From positions 1 to 51,693 of the IMG/VR virus record IMGVR_UViG_3300022863_000003: a stretch of DNA of 51,693 nt; one strand, written 5' to 3'. This document shows, piece by piece, positions 34,444 to 43,179 of this stretch (within the stretch, counting starts at the first letter, position 1; each line of letters starts with the position of its first letter). The DNA comes from a virus (lineage: Duplodnaviria > Caudoviricetes). The translations under genes were made by a program, and so were the position numbers. The notes under the pieces were generated by a model. That model saw only the letters and a list, made by a program, of their open reading frames with translations, had not been told where the DNA came from and ran no database searches.

Positions 34444-36357
34444 TTAACGTCCCTTCCATGCGTTGCGCCGCGCATCGGCGGCGGCTTGACGGCGCGCTCC
34501 CTCTTTCGTGCGAAAGAAGCGGTCCAGTTGATACTGATTTAATAGCTGCATTTGAGCTTGCGGCGTAAGCGATTTTTTCGCAAGCTCAAAAGTTTTCCCC
34601 TGCGCGATCAAGGACCGGCGCTCGTGCTGCTCCCAGCAGGCGATGCCGATAGCCATGGCGAGAACGCGGTCGTCGTGATCGCTACCCTCGGACTTGATGC
34701 TGTCGCCGTCACGGGTGACGGTACGCATCTCGTCAACAAGCTCGCGGGACCGGATAATCAGAATTCCGTTGGTCGTAAAGTCGCGCATACGCTCAAGAAG
34801 CGGGACTTTGTTGACGCCGGTGGTTTTCCAATGGAACGACCCCATGCCAGGGGTCATGGCGTCGGGGCGGGAATAGATGTAGGTCTTGGCGTTGTTGAAG
34901 ATCGCACCAAAACCGTTCTCAACTGCGGCCTCACGCAGATACCCCTGCGTCAAAATCTTCTTCAGGCTAACGAATTCCTGCCACACCGCCACGCCCGGGC
35001 CATTGATTTCCAGCATCAGGCGAACGTTGCGGTAGTAGCCCAGCAAATGGGCCATGATCCAAGCCAGTTGGTGCGGCTGGACCATCGTGGCGCAGAACTC
35101 CGCGACCTGCTCCAGGCGGTCGGCGTAGCAGCGCATGATCTGGATGGCGCTGCGGTCGTTATGCTCGTTTGAACCGTATGCGGGGTCCACCGCCATAACG
35201 TAAACCCCCGCCGGGTCCGGCTCTTCCCACAATTTTAGCTGCGTGGCACGGCGGTTAGGCGCTTTCACCACCGACATGTCCATGAAGTCCATACCGGGGT
35301 AGTAGCACCACGCTGTGTAAACCTCAGACGCCATGTGTTTAGAGATGTCCGTCAGGCGCTCGGCGGGGAAGAATGTGCTGCCCGACTGCGAGAATGCCTC
35401 GTCTTCCGTCCAAGGCTGCTCCCGACCGAAATACTCGTCGTCCGAAAGATCGTCGTCCTCGGTCTTCTCCGAATTCGGGTTGTAGCCGCGGGGATTCGAC
35501 GCCTGCCGATACCAAGCCAGCATCTCTTGATCCACGACCTTGCTGTATCGGTCGAAAACCTCGTCGATTTTGGCCTGTTCCTCCGCCGTTGGCGGGGCGG
35601 AGCCGTAGCGCTCAAACGCCTTCGTGCCGCGCTCGGTGCGCTGGTTCGGCTTGGACCACCAACCGAGAAACACGCACCGCTTACTAAGGTCGTCAGCGCG
35701 GGCGTTCATCCACAGATCATACCACTGGTTAAATCCTCTGCCCGTCGATTCCCAAATGTATAAGCGGTTCGGGAAGACTTCGGATAGGGACTTACGGAAA
35801 GACGAAACACCTTCGTCATTGTTCCAGGTACACATCTCGCTGCAATGGGCGAAATTCGTTCCAGTGCCCCGACCCAACGCGCCGCCGGACGATGTATTCT
35901 TTGTGCCAGCGGACATGAAGTTGATGCGAGAGCCGTTACTTAAGCGAAGACTGCTGCGGTTAGCTGACTCTACTACGGGGAACTTCATGCGGGCGGGGAG
36001 GCGCTTAATGATCGCCTCGATCTCTCGGCGGGCGTCCTCTTTGTGGTCATTATTGTCCAGGATGACCGCGCCGTTCAGGCCGTCGTGCATCCCAAGCCAA
36101 AAGACGGTCAGCGCGCGGGTCAACGTACTCATGCCGAGCTGACGACTCTTGAGGACGTAAATATCGTGGATATCATCGGCCAAGGCGCCGAACACCGCGT
36201 CGAGAAAGCGGACCTGCGCGTCATACAACCTACCCCCGAGGGGGATGTTTCCGTCGTCCTTGGAGTCGATATAGACGTAGTGCAGAAATTCCTCGAATGC
36301 CGCCCGGAACGAGGCGACTTTCTCCGCGTCCCAAGAGCCCGCGGCTTCGTAAGTCAT
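34444..36357 (-). CDS. terL: Terminase large subunit
   Basis: Walker A LKSRQLGMST; Walker B AHCSE; ESTGRG; nuclease VDPAYG and HDDRVLA. Confidence 0.92.
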   Translation of the reverse strand: MTYEAAGSWDAEKVASFRAAFEEFLHYVYIDSKDDGNIPLGGRLYDAQVRFLDAVFGALADDIHDIYVLKSRQLGMSTLTRALTVFWLGMHDGLNGAVILDNNDHKEDARREIEAIIKRLPARMKFPVVESANRSSLRLSNGSRINFMSAGTKNTSSGGALGRGTGTNFAHCSEMCTWNNDEGVSSFRKSLSEVFPNRLYIWESTGRGFNQWYDLWMNARADDLSKRCVFLGWWSKPNQRTERGTKAFERYGSAPPTAEEQAKIDEVFDRYSKVVDQEMLAWYRQASNPRGYNPNSEKTEDDDLSDDEYFGREQPWTEDEAFSQSGSTFFPAERLTDISKHMASEVYTAWCYYPGMDFMDMSVVKAPNRRATQLKLWEEPDPAGVYVMAVDPAYGSNEHNDRSAIQIMRCYADRLEQVAEFCATMVQPHQLAWIMAHLLGYYRNVRLMLEINGPGVAVWQEFVSLKKILTQGYLREAAVENGFGAIFNNAKTYIYSRPDAMTPGMGSFHWKTTGVNKVPLLERMRDFTTNGILIIRSRELVDEMRTVTRDGDSIKSEGSDHDDRVLAMAIGIACWEQHERRSLIAQGKTFELAKKSLTPQAQMQLLNQYQLDRFFRTKEGARRQAAADARRNAWKGR

Positions 36358-36605
36358 CGAAAGCCCCTCCGCTGCGGACCTCCGGGTTGATCTTTTTGCA
36401 ATTCCTCAATCGCAATCTCGACCATGCCGCGCAAGTTCGAGAAAAACGCCGGAATATTCGGCTTAGACGACACCGAGAGCCCGTCCAACGGCTCGCAATC
36501 GCCGGGAGGCACGACGAGAAAGGCGCCGGAGAACTCCTCGTCGGCGTTTTTCTCGATGCGATCGGCCATCTGGCGGAATAGCGCCGCTGCGTCGTTGCCG
36601 TTCAT
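36354..36605 (-). CDS. Hypothetical protein
   Basis: 83 aa, ATGA overlaps at both ends. Confidence 0.65.
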   Translation of the reverse strand: MNGNDAAALFRQMADRIEKNADEEFSGAFLVVPPGDCEPLDGLSVSSKPNIPAFFSNLRGMVEIAIEELQKDQPGGPQRRGFR

Positions 36606-37075
36606 TTTGGGGCGTCCTCCCACTTATTTCGGTGCGTCATCGACTGGTAGAGAACACCGTCATACCCGCGCTGTGCCCAGTACCCATGACCGCGTAGCGC
36701 CTTCTCGTCCATAGAGGAGGGCAAGCACGATTTCTGAAGCTTCCAATTCTTCTCGCAGAGGCGCAGATACCACTCAAAGCGGTAGAACGCGGAGTAGAAC
36801 GCCCGGTTACCATAAGCGCCCAGCCGAGCCTTGAACGTCGGGTAGCGGCACAGGTAGAGCGTTTCCGCGACCAGGGCGTCACACGCCGCGTCGTCATCGG
36901 GATTATTAACTACCGCGCGCAGAGTCGGGTTCCGGTCCAGCGTGTCTCGGCACAGGACGGTAAACAGCCGATTCCCCGAGAGCGAAGTCTCGTAAATCCG
37001 CGCCATCCGACGGTGATATCGCGCGGTCACCAGGCGAGAGATTTGCGCCTGAAGTTTAGCCCAGAGTCTCATCAC
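36602..37075 (-). CDS. Hypothetical protein
   Basis: Coupled within the operon. Confidence 0.55.
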   Translation of the reverse strand: MMRLWAKLQAQISRLVTARYHRRMARIYETSLSGNRLFTVLCRDTLDRNPTLRAVVNNPDDDAACDALVAETLYLCRYPTFKARLGAYGNRAFYSAFYRFEWYLRLCEKNWKLQKSCLPSSMDEKALRGHGYWAQRGYDGVLYQSMTHRNKWEDAPK

Positions 37076-37308
37076 TCGAACTCCACGTTATCGCGGATGT
37101 AGTCCTGTTTCAGAACCTCCATCGCGCCGATAGTGTTCAGAACATTCTTGCAGCCGACACAGCCGGTGTGGAAGGAGTTGTCCGACTCGAAATAGACCGC
37201 CGCCACGCCAACGACACGGCCTTCTCTCGCCCCCTCCAGCAAATCCTCAAGCGCGAGGACCAAGTTATCCTGGCTGTTGAAGGCGACACGCAGCACGTTG
37301 TCCGTCAT
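37072..37308 (-). CDS. Hypothetical protein
   Basis: 78 aa; LEDLLEGAREGRVVGVA. Confidence 0.65.
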   Translation of the reverse strand: MTDNVLRVAFNSQDNLVLALEDLLEGAREGRVVGVAAVYFESDNSFHTGCVGCKNVLNTIGAMEVLKQDYIRDNVEFE

Positions 37309-37414
37309 TTCAGCACATAGTAGAGCAGCATAGGCGGGCCAAACAGAAAAACCGCTATCACCTGTATCTGGACTACGACGACAACCATATCGCGCAACCA
37401 GGCTAACAGCCTAC

Positions 37415-37606
37415 TCATCGCGTCACCTTCAACTGAGCGAGAAACTTTTTGGTGAACCAATGCCGGGGGAACTTTAGCTCTTTGACCTGACTTATGCCCT
37501 CGCCAAAACGAACTCGAACGCGCCCCGTCACAACGTCGAACGAAAAGTTAACGTCTTCATCCGCAATCCCACCGCCGATCATATACGGCACGTTAATCTC
37601 AGGCAT
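37415..37606 (-). CDS. Hypothetical protein
   Basis: 63 aa, AGGAGG SD. Confidence 0.5.
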   Translation of the reverse strand: MPEINVPYMIGGGIADEDVNFSFDVVTGRVRVRFGEGISQVKELKFPRHWFTKKFLAQLKVTR

Positions 37607-38405
37607 CCCGTCCTCCTAGACACTCGGGCCAGCTATCCGGCCCCTCGATTTCTTCGAACCCGTTTACCTCGGATTTATATTCGACCGGCACGCAGAGCAT
37701 ATTCTGCGAAACGATCCCGGGCCAGAAATTCTCTTCCTCGCCGGCGAAGTTCAACGGATTAAACAGCGGCGGTGTGTGCCAGTAAAGCTTATACCCGAAC
37801 GACTGGAGAAGCGAGATAAGCCGCGCCGACTTCTCGCGGCGGTCATTCTCGACATACATCAACGGACGGAACCGCTGAATGGTTTCCTCGGCGCCGGTCA
37901 GCGCCTCGTATTCCATGCCCTCCACGTCGATCTTCATGAAGGCACAGGCCGGCAGGTTCAGGCCGTCAATCGTGACCATCGGAACCGAGAACTGTCCAGC
38001 GCCCAAGGCCACCCCGCCGAAATTCCCCTTCACGCCGTAATCCACGTCGGGCACGGATATCTCCCCGCTCTCATCGCCCACGGCGGCGTTCACCAGGACA
38101 GCGTTACTGACCTTGTTGGCTTCGCAATTGGCCTTCAGTACGCCGAAGATGGCCGGCTGGGGCTCAAAAGCGATGACGCGGCCCTCCGTACCGACCAATT
38201 TCGCCAGGGGCAGGGTGAACGCGCCGAGGTTGGCCCCGATATCGAGAACCCACTGGCCGGGCTGAACCAGTTGCTTGAACAGGTCCACCTCGCCCTCGGA
38301 ATATTCCCCGCAGAAGTCGAGCGCCTTGCCGATGAACGTGTCTTTCACCGGCACCCACATCCGACCGTGTTTGCAGTTTCTGGCGACGACTTCGGGGTAA
38401 TTCAT
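37599..38405 (-). CDS. FkbM-family methyltransferase
   Basis: VLDIGANLG, AFEPQP, MKIDVEGME, YVEND. Confidence 0.92.
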   Translation of the reverse strand: MNYPEVVARNCKHGRMWVPVKDTFIGKALDFCGEYSEGEVDLFKQLVQPGQWVLDIGANLGAFTLPLAKLVGTEGRVIAFEPQPAIFGVLKANCEANKVSNAVLVNAAVGDESGEISVPDVDYGVKGNFGGVALGAGQFSVPMVTIDGLNLPACAFMKIDVEGMEYEALTGAEETIQRFRPLMYVENDRREKSARLISLLQSFGYKLYWHTPPLFNPLNFAGEEENFWPGIVSQNMLCVPVEYKSEVNGFEEIEGPDSWPECLGGRDA

Positions 38406-38629
38406 TTCGGCGCGTCCAAATACGAGTGATCGAATTTACCCCGGACGTGCGTGTGCAGCGCCTTCCCGACCGACTCCGCCGTCATCACCCTGTGCGCGAC
38501 TTCCGCCGGCACGCCGTTGTGCGCGCTGGTCTTACCGTTCTGGTAGACCACGGTGAGCCGCCCGGAGGCATCATCGTAAGACACGCGGTCGATGTGGCTG
38601 GAGAAGACGGACTTATGGGTTACGGTCAT
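38402..38629 (-). CDS. KTSC domain protein
   Basis: SSHIDRVSYD...L.V.YQNG.....GVP......AESVGK....VRGKF. Confidence 0.85.
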   Translation of the reverse strand: MTVTHKSVFSSHIDRVSYDDASGRLTVVYQNGKTSAHNGVPAEVAHRVMTAESVGKALHTHVRGKFDHSYLDAPK

Positions 38630-38766
38630 GTCACGTCCTCCGGCCAGGGCGCACCCTCCGCGACGTAGACCAAGATGTCCTCCCCGCCAAGGGTAAGGAA
38701 ATCAGCAGCCGCGTCAACCGGCAGAAGGACCGTGCCGACAGCGGCTTTCAGCAAGCTTTTAAACAT
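38626..38766 (-). CDS. Small hypothetical protein
   Basis: MFKSLLKAAVGTVLLPV..; GGAGG SD; coupled. Confidence 0.55.
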   Translation of the reverse strand: MFKSLLKAAVGTVLLPVDAAADFLTLGGEDILVYVAEGAPWPEDVT

Positions 38767-39026
38767 CACTGAACCTCCGCATCGTAAAATTCTTTTGAGG
38801 CGGGCCACGCATGAAGATGCGCACCCCAATAAGCCCAGAACCTAGGAACCCCGCGAAGGGCTCCCTCGCCGGGCACTTTACCCGCCCGCATACAGCGAAA
38901 CCACGCACGCGGGACTTTCGACAGCCGGGCGTGCGCCCCCAGCCAGTCCGCGTCCAGGGTTACCCCAATTTCTGGCCGGCGGATGGCGTACATCTCTTGA
39001 CCAGGGACTATCCTAACGCGGGGCAT
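38766..39026 (-). CDS. Hypothetical protein
   Basis: 86 aa, coupled. Confidence 0.5.
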   Translation of the reverse strand: MPRVRIVPGQEMYAIRRPEIGVTLDADWLGAHARLSKVPRAWFRCMRAGKVPGEGALRGVPRFWAYWGAHLHAWPASKEFYDAEVQ

Positions 39027-39146
39027 TCGACGCGCCTACCGCGGCAAGGTATTTCCGCACCGCGTTGTCCGCTTCGGCACCGGCATTGTCGTGGACGGTG
39101 CGGAGTTCCGCTTCCAGACCGAATAATTCTTCACTGGTGGACATGC

Positions 39147-40103
39147 CTAAGCCTCCGCGCATTTCATCTTGAACCACTGGACCGCCCGGGCACCGCAGGA
39201 ACCGAGGATCTTCCCCTCATCGGCTTCAAGCACGGCCATCTCTTCGGCGCATTCCTTCTTGATGTCGCCCTGCACCCACTTCAGGAACTCTCCCGTCTTC
39301 TGGATGAACGCTCCGTCTGGGCACACTTCGGACAACGCCTGCTGAAGCCGGGCCTCCGTGACCGCGAATGCCACGAACTCGGGAACCCCCTCTAACAGAG
39401 CCGTCGAGATGGCGACCGCTTCTTTGTGCCCGTTGACCCGGTGTGCCTCGCCCTTGGCCTTGAACACCCACCGCCCGAGGTACTCAGGGGAATCATCCAA
39501 GACGCTCAGCGCCTGACCGTCGCCGAAGATGTTCACCGGGTAGTAGACCAGTCCTTCTCCCGTTCCGTCCACGCCGAAGACTTCCTTGGCCCAGGGGTCG
39601 GCGGCTTCCACCGCCGCTACCTGTCCATTCATGTGGGCAACGATGCTCTGCGGAACGCTGAAGAAGTTAATTTCAAATTCACCCCCGTACCACGGCAGAA
39701 CAAAAACATCGGGGTGTACGGGCACGTAAGCCCGCAGGTCATTCGGGTCCGTCAGGAAGTTGTCGCCCACTTTCACGGCAAAGACCGCGAAGATTTTCCG
39801 GTCCAGTTTTGACACGGCAACGCCGCGCTGCACGCCCGGACCGCACCATTCCCCGAAAACGGTAGCGCCCTCAGGGCCGGTAAACCCGGCATCGGCCACC
39901 CATGCGGCGAAACCGGCGTTGTCCTGCTCCAGCGTAATCAGCCGGGTACGGCTCTGCGCCACGGGGCCCGTTGGGGTGAACGTGAACGCGGCGTTCGTCC
40001 CGTGCAGCTTCACTTTCCCCCGATATTTGACCGTGCCACGGCCCGCGCTGTTGTGAACCACGGACTTGAACGCCTCGATCGAGGGCCACTTAACAAATTC
40101 CAT
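39147..40103 (-). CDS. Rnl2-family RNA ligase
   Basis: Motif I KLHGTN; QSR; FGEWCGPGVQ; GEGLVY; FKAKGE; GGGAG SD. Confidence 0.85.
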   Translation of the reverse strand: MEFVKWPSIEAFKSVVHNSAGRGTVKYRGKVKLHGTNAAFTFTPTGPVAQSRTRLITLEQDNAGFAAWVADAGFTGPEGATVFGEWCGPGVQRGVAVSKLDRKIFAVFAVKVGDNFLTDPNDLRAYVPVHPDVFVLPWYGGEFEINFFSVPQSIVAHMNGQVAAVEAADPWAKEVFGVDGTGEGLVYYPVNIFGDGQALSVLDDSPEYLGRWVFKAKGEAHRVNGHKEAVAISTALLEGVPEFVAFAVTEARLQQALSEVCPDGAFIQKTGEFLKWVQGDIKKECAEEMAVLEADEGKILGSCGARAVQWFKMKCAEA

Positions 40104-41425
40104 CACAACTCCCCCGCGACAGAAGAAATAACCGACGCCCAATCTCCGATCCGCTCTTGCCGGTGCAATCGAGCGGTCGGATACCAAGGCGTTTCAGAAC
40201 CCGCGTGGCCCCAGACAAAGTGCTGGCCGTGTCTCGGCAGCACGATATGGGTTTTCAGGCCCAGAGAGCCCGCCAAATGCGCCGTAGCGGTGCAGACGGT
40301 CACGACGGCGTCCATTTCGCACATCAGCGCGGCGGTGTCGGTGAAATCCCGGATGCGCGGCGACAGGTCAATAACCAGCGGTGCATGTTTCCGGCACTCT
40401 TTGGCCCGGTCCCCGACTTGGAACGAATAAAGCTGCACGCCTTTCGCCTCGTACAGCCCCAGGAAGTCCTCGACGGTGGCTGAACGGTGGTGGTCGTTGT
40501 CTTGGTCAGCGCTCCCGGCCCAGATGATGCCGATTTTCTTACGGTCGCTGTGAAGGTGCTGCGCAGGAGCATGCGCCCCGGAAAGCCAGGGCGTTGGCAA
40601 GGCCGCGATAGCGGAGTCGGGAAGCCCTAGGGCAACCGGCAGCGACATCACGGGGCAGAAAGCGTCAGCGGCGGGAACCGCGCAAGGCATCTCAAGAGTA
40701 ACGACGTTTTCCAGTCCGCGCAGAGCCACGGCGATAAGGGGCGCGATCTCCTCCTGAACCGACACGATCAGCTTACCGACGCGAACAGCCGCCCACTCAA
40801 CGAACCGGCCAAACTGAAGCGTGTCCCCCAACCCCTGCTCCGCCGGAACGAACAACGTATCGACGTAGCCCCCATCCCAGCGCGGCATCGGGTACGACAG
40901 GAACTCCGGCATCTTGTAAGGGAACCGCCACTCGTATTCCCGCAGGCCCTCCGCCCACTGGCCGTCCATCATCAGCGCGAAGGCCAGGGCCATGTGGTGC
41001 TGGGCCTCGTCAGGAGCCAGTTCAACGGCTTTCCGGGCGTCATATATCGCCCGGGTGGGGTTGTGCAGAGAATTGTGGGCGAGGGAACGGTTGGACCACG
41101 CCAGGGGCAAATCCGGGTTAGCGGCAATCGCCCGCGTCAAAACCTCGTAGGCAGCGTCAAATTGCCCGGTCAACTGCAAATTCCAGCCGAGGTTGGTCAG
41201 GGAATATGGCTCCTCGCCGGCCAGTTCTTCACAGCGGCGGAGCGCGGCAACCGCGCCCAGCTTATCCCCGGCGTTGTGCAGATCGGAGCCGAGATTATAC
41301 CACGCCCCCGGCAGTGTATCGTCCACCGCCAGGGCGGCTTGGATCAGCTTCTTGGCAACGCCACGGTCGCCGCGCTTGCGGGCCGCTTCCGATTGGTGGA
41401 ACAGATTGACGGCGGCTTCGTTCAT
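40103..41425 (-). CDS. TPR-repeat glycosyltransferase (GT9-like C-terminus)
   Basis: TPRs; EYEWR, EQGLGDTLQF, DFTDTAALM..D.V.TV.TATAHLAGSLG, WYPTARL.RQ. Confidence 0.9.
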   Translation of the reverse strand: MNEAAVNLFHQSEAARKRGDRGVAKKLIQAALAVDDTLPGAWYNLGSDLHNAGDKLGAVAALRRCEELAGEEPYSLTNLGWNLQLTGQFDAAYEVLTRAIAANPDLPLAWSNRSLAHNSLHNPTRAIYDARKAVELAPDEAQHHMALAFALMMDGQWAEGLREYEWRFPYKMPEFLSYPMPRWDGGYVDTLFVPAEQGLGDTLQFGRFVEWAAVRVGKLIVSVQEEIAPLIAVALRGLENVVTLEMPCAVPAADAFCPVMSLPVALGLPDSAIAALPTPWLSGAHAPAQHLHSDRKKIGIIWAGSADQDNDHHRSATVEDFLGLYEAKGVQLYSFQVGDRAKECRKHAPLVIDLSPRIRDFTDTAALMCEMDAVVTVCTATAHLAGSLGLKTHIVLPRHGQHFVWGHAGSETPWYPTARLHRQERIGDWASVISSVAGEL

Positions 41426-41649
41426 CGCCGCACCTGTGAATTTCGCAGAAGAACCGCAACCGGGTTCTCTCCGCAAAACATATCGAGCATCTGCTGAGTG
41501 AAGTCATAGCTTGTTACGTATTTCAGCCGCCGGTTGAGATAGCCGCTATACGTCCAGGGCGTCGGCGTAAACATCTCGTGACGACTGCCACGGACGAACA
41601 GCACGACGAGCGGGGAGAGGCAGGCCAGGGAGAACAGGAAGTCTGTCAT
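41422..41649 (-). CDS. Small membrane-anchored hypothetical protein
   Basis: N-terminal hydrophobic segment; ATGA overlaps. Confidence 0.5.
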   Translation of the reverse strand: MTDFLFSLACLSPLVVLFVRGSRHEMFTPTPWTYSGYLNRRLKYVTSYDFTQQMLDMFCGENPVAVLLRNSQVRR

Positions 41650-41849
41650 CGCGCCACTCCCTTCGCTGGGGCCGGGCTTTCGCACACCAGCCGAATGTGG
41701 CCGGCCACCCGCTCGGTGATCGGGGTTTCCCCGTTCGACCAGCGCCGGACGGTGCGCTCGTTCACGCCCGTCTCGGACGCTAACCGGCGCAGCCAGTCTT
41801 TGGCGCCGAAACGCTTGACGGCCAGGGCTTGGAGTTCGAAAGGTGTCAT
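41646..41849 (-). CDS. Cro-like HTH protein
   Basis: RLASETGVNERTVRRWSNGETPI. Confidence 0.75.
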   Translation of the reverse strand: MTPFELQALAVKRFGAKDWLRRLASETGVNERTVRRWSNGETPITERVAGHIRLVCESPAPAKGVAR

Positions 41850-41870
41850 TCAGTCCCCACTGAAAGGTTT

Positions 41871-41947
41871 TGGTTGCGGGTGACGGATTCGAACCGCCGA
41901 CCTTCAGGTTATGGGCCTGACGAGCTACCGGACTGCTCTAACCTGCG
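41871..41947 (-). tRNA. tRNA-fMet (initiator, CAT) with encoded CCA
   Basis: CGCAGGTTAGAGCAGTCCGGTAGCTCGTCAGGCCCATAACCTGAAGGTCGGCGGTTCGAATCCGTCACCCGCAACCA; C1:A72 mismatch and A11-U24. Confidence 0.95.
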
Positions 41948-41949
41948 AA

Positions 41950-42414
41950 ATTTGTACCGGTCTTTCCCGGCTGCCAGACCACCGTGACACGCGATTTTCA
42001 CGCCGCGTTCGGAGTACTACACCTCGGTCAGCGAAGCCGGGTCGCACGGCTAACCTCGTGAACTTTGTGCTGTCTCTCCAGCTGTCACGTCCTGGTGCCT
42101 GTGACGCTTGACGTTGCGTCCGAGTGCCCGACACCTGGGAGCAAGATCGTCAAAGCCACCGATCCGCTTGCCTAGTTTCTACTTCACCTGAGCCCTCAAA
42201 CACGCCGCCAGCCGAAGCCAGGGTGCCGTAAACACAGGAAATAGGTGGCTAACTAACACCTCAAAACCCGATTTCTCGGGAAACTAGGTCATCCTGCGGG
42301 GCGATAGCTGGAGCTTTCCGCCTCGCTTACCGGCCCCAGGAACATCGGCACCGCCACTAGGACGAATGGGCCTTTGGGACTTACGACCTGCGACATGTAG
42401 CCCCGCAGGATGAC
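41950..42414 (-). ncRNA. Putative structured ncRNA(s) upstream of the tRNA
   Basis: No credible ORF; 15-bp and 9-bp long-range stems; GAAA/GUAA/UUCG tetraloops; duplicated motif; promoter points at the first stem. Confidence 0.6.
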
Positions 42415-42421
42415 AAGATCG

Positions 42422-42450
42422 TTTTTAGCCGGGGTTGGACATGGTGTCAA
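42422..42450 (-). promoter_or_regulatory. Sigma70-type promoter for the ncRNA/tRNA unit
   Basis: TTGACA-N17-TAAAAA; predicted start about 42415-42414. Confidence 0.6.
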
Positions 42451-42480
42451 TGGATATTTAAGCGGCGGAGCGTCCGGTAA

Positions 42481-43164
42481 TTATTTCACCATCCTCATAA
42501 TCTGGGTTGCTTGGAACGGCGTGCCGGAGCGCGACACGAAGCCCTCTCTCGCCAGGGCCTGGACGACGCCGCGGAGCGACGATCCGCTCGCATAAAGCGC
42601 TTTCGCCCGGCTCAAAACGACTTGCTCTCCGGGCTTCTCGACAAGAACAGCGTCACGGCCAAGGCCCTCGACGCGAAAGCCGTAGGGCGCTTGCCCGCCA
42701 GTGTGCCCGCCCTTAGCCTTCTTGCCCTTCCGGCCATCGGCCATGCGTTCCAGGATGCGGCCCTTCTCAAACTCCGCCATCGCGGCCAGGACGGTGAACA
42801 GCATCTTGGACACGCCGTTCTCCGTCACGGGGTCAGTCCCCATGTCCACCAGAATTAATTTAACCCCGGCTTTCTTAAATTTATCGACGGTGTTAAGGGC
42901 ATCTTGGGCCGAGCGGAACAGGCGGTCCATCTTAGCGGCGATCACCACGTCCCCCGCTTTAAGGGCGCGGAACATCCGGCCACCCTCCGGGCGTTCGGCC
43001 AAGGGGGTCGAGCCGGACACGCCCTCGTCGGCGTAGATGTGGTCAACGGCCCAGCCATTGGTCATGGCGGCTCCGGTGACACGGTTGCGTTGGTCGTCCA
43101 GCGACGTGCGGCCCTCGGCGGCTTGCTCGGTGGTGGACACACGGATGATTCCGTAGACGGGCAT
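42481..43164 (-). CDS. Serine recombinase (resolvase/invertase family)
   Basis: YGIIRVSTTEQ (catalytic Ser), DEGVSG, RP, KMDRLFRS, AEFEK..I.ER. Confidence 0.92.
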   Translation of the reverse strand: MPVYGIIRVSTTEQAAEGRTSLDDQRNRVTGAAMTNGWAVDHIYADEGVSGSTPLAERPEGGRMFRALKAGDVVIAAKMDRLFRSAQDALNTVDKFKKAGVKLILVDMGTDPVTENGVSKMLFTVLAAMAEFEKGRILERMADGRKGKKAKGGHTGGQAPYGFRVEGLGRDAVLVEKPGEQVVLSRAKALYASGSSLRGVVQALAREGFVSRSGTPFQATQIMRMVK

Positions 43165-43179
43165 GGCTTGTCTCCTCTC

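Noticed and set aside
36354-36605. Terminase small subunit call for the gene upstream of terL
   Set aside because: No HTH or TerS-like features; position alone is not enough.
41871-41947. tRNA as an attP/attB integration site
   Set aside because: It is a full-length gene within a phage transcription unit; no duplicated 3' fragment, adjacent integrase or host genes.
41911-42134. Short ORFs 41911-42111 and 41925-42134
   Set aside because: They overlap the tRNA, lack an SD and look non-coding; RNA structure explains the region better.
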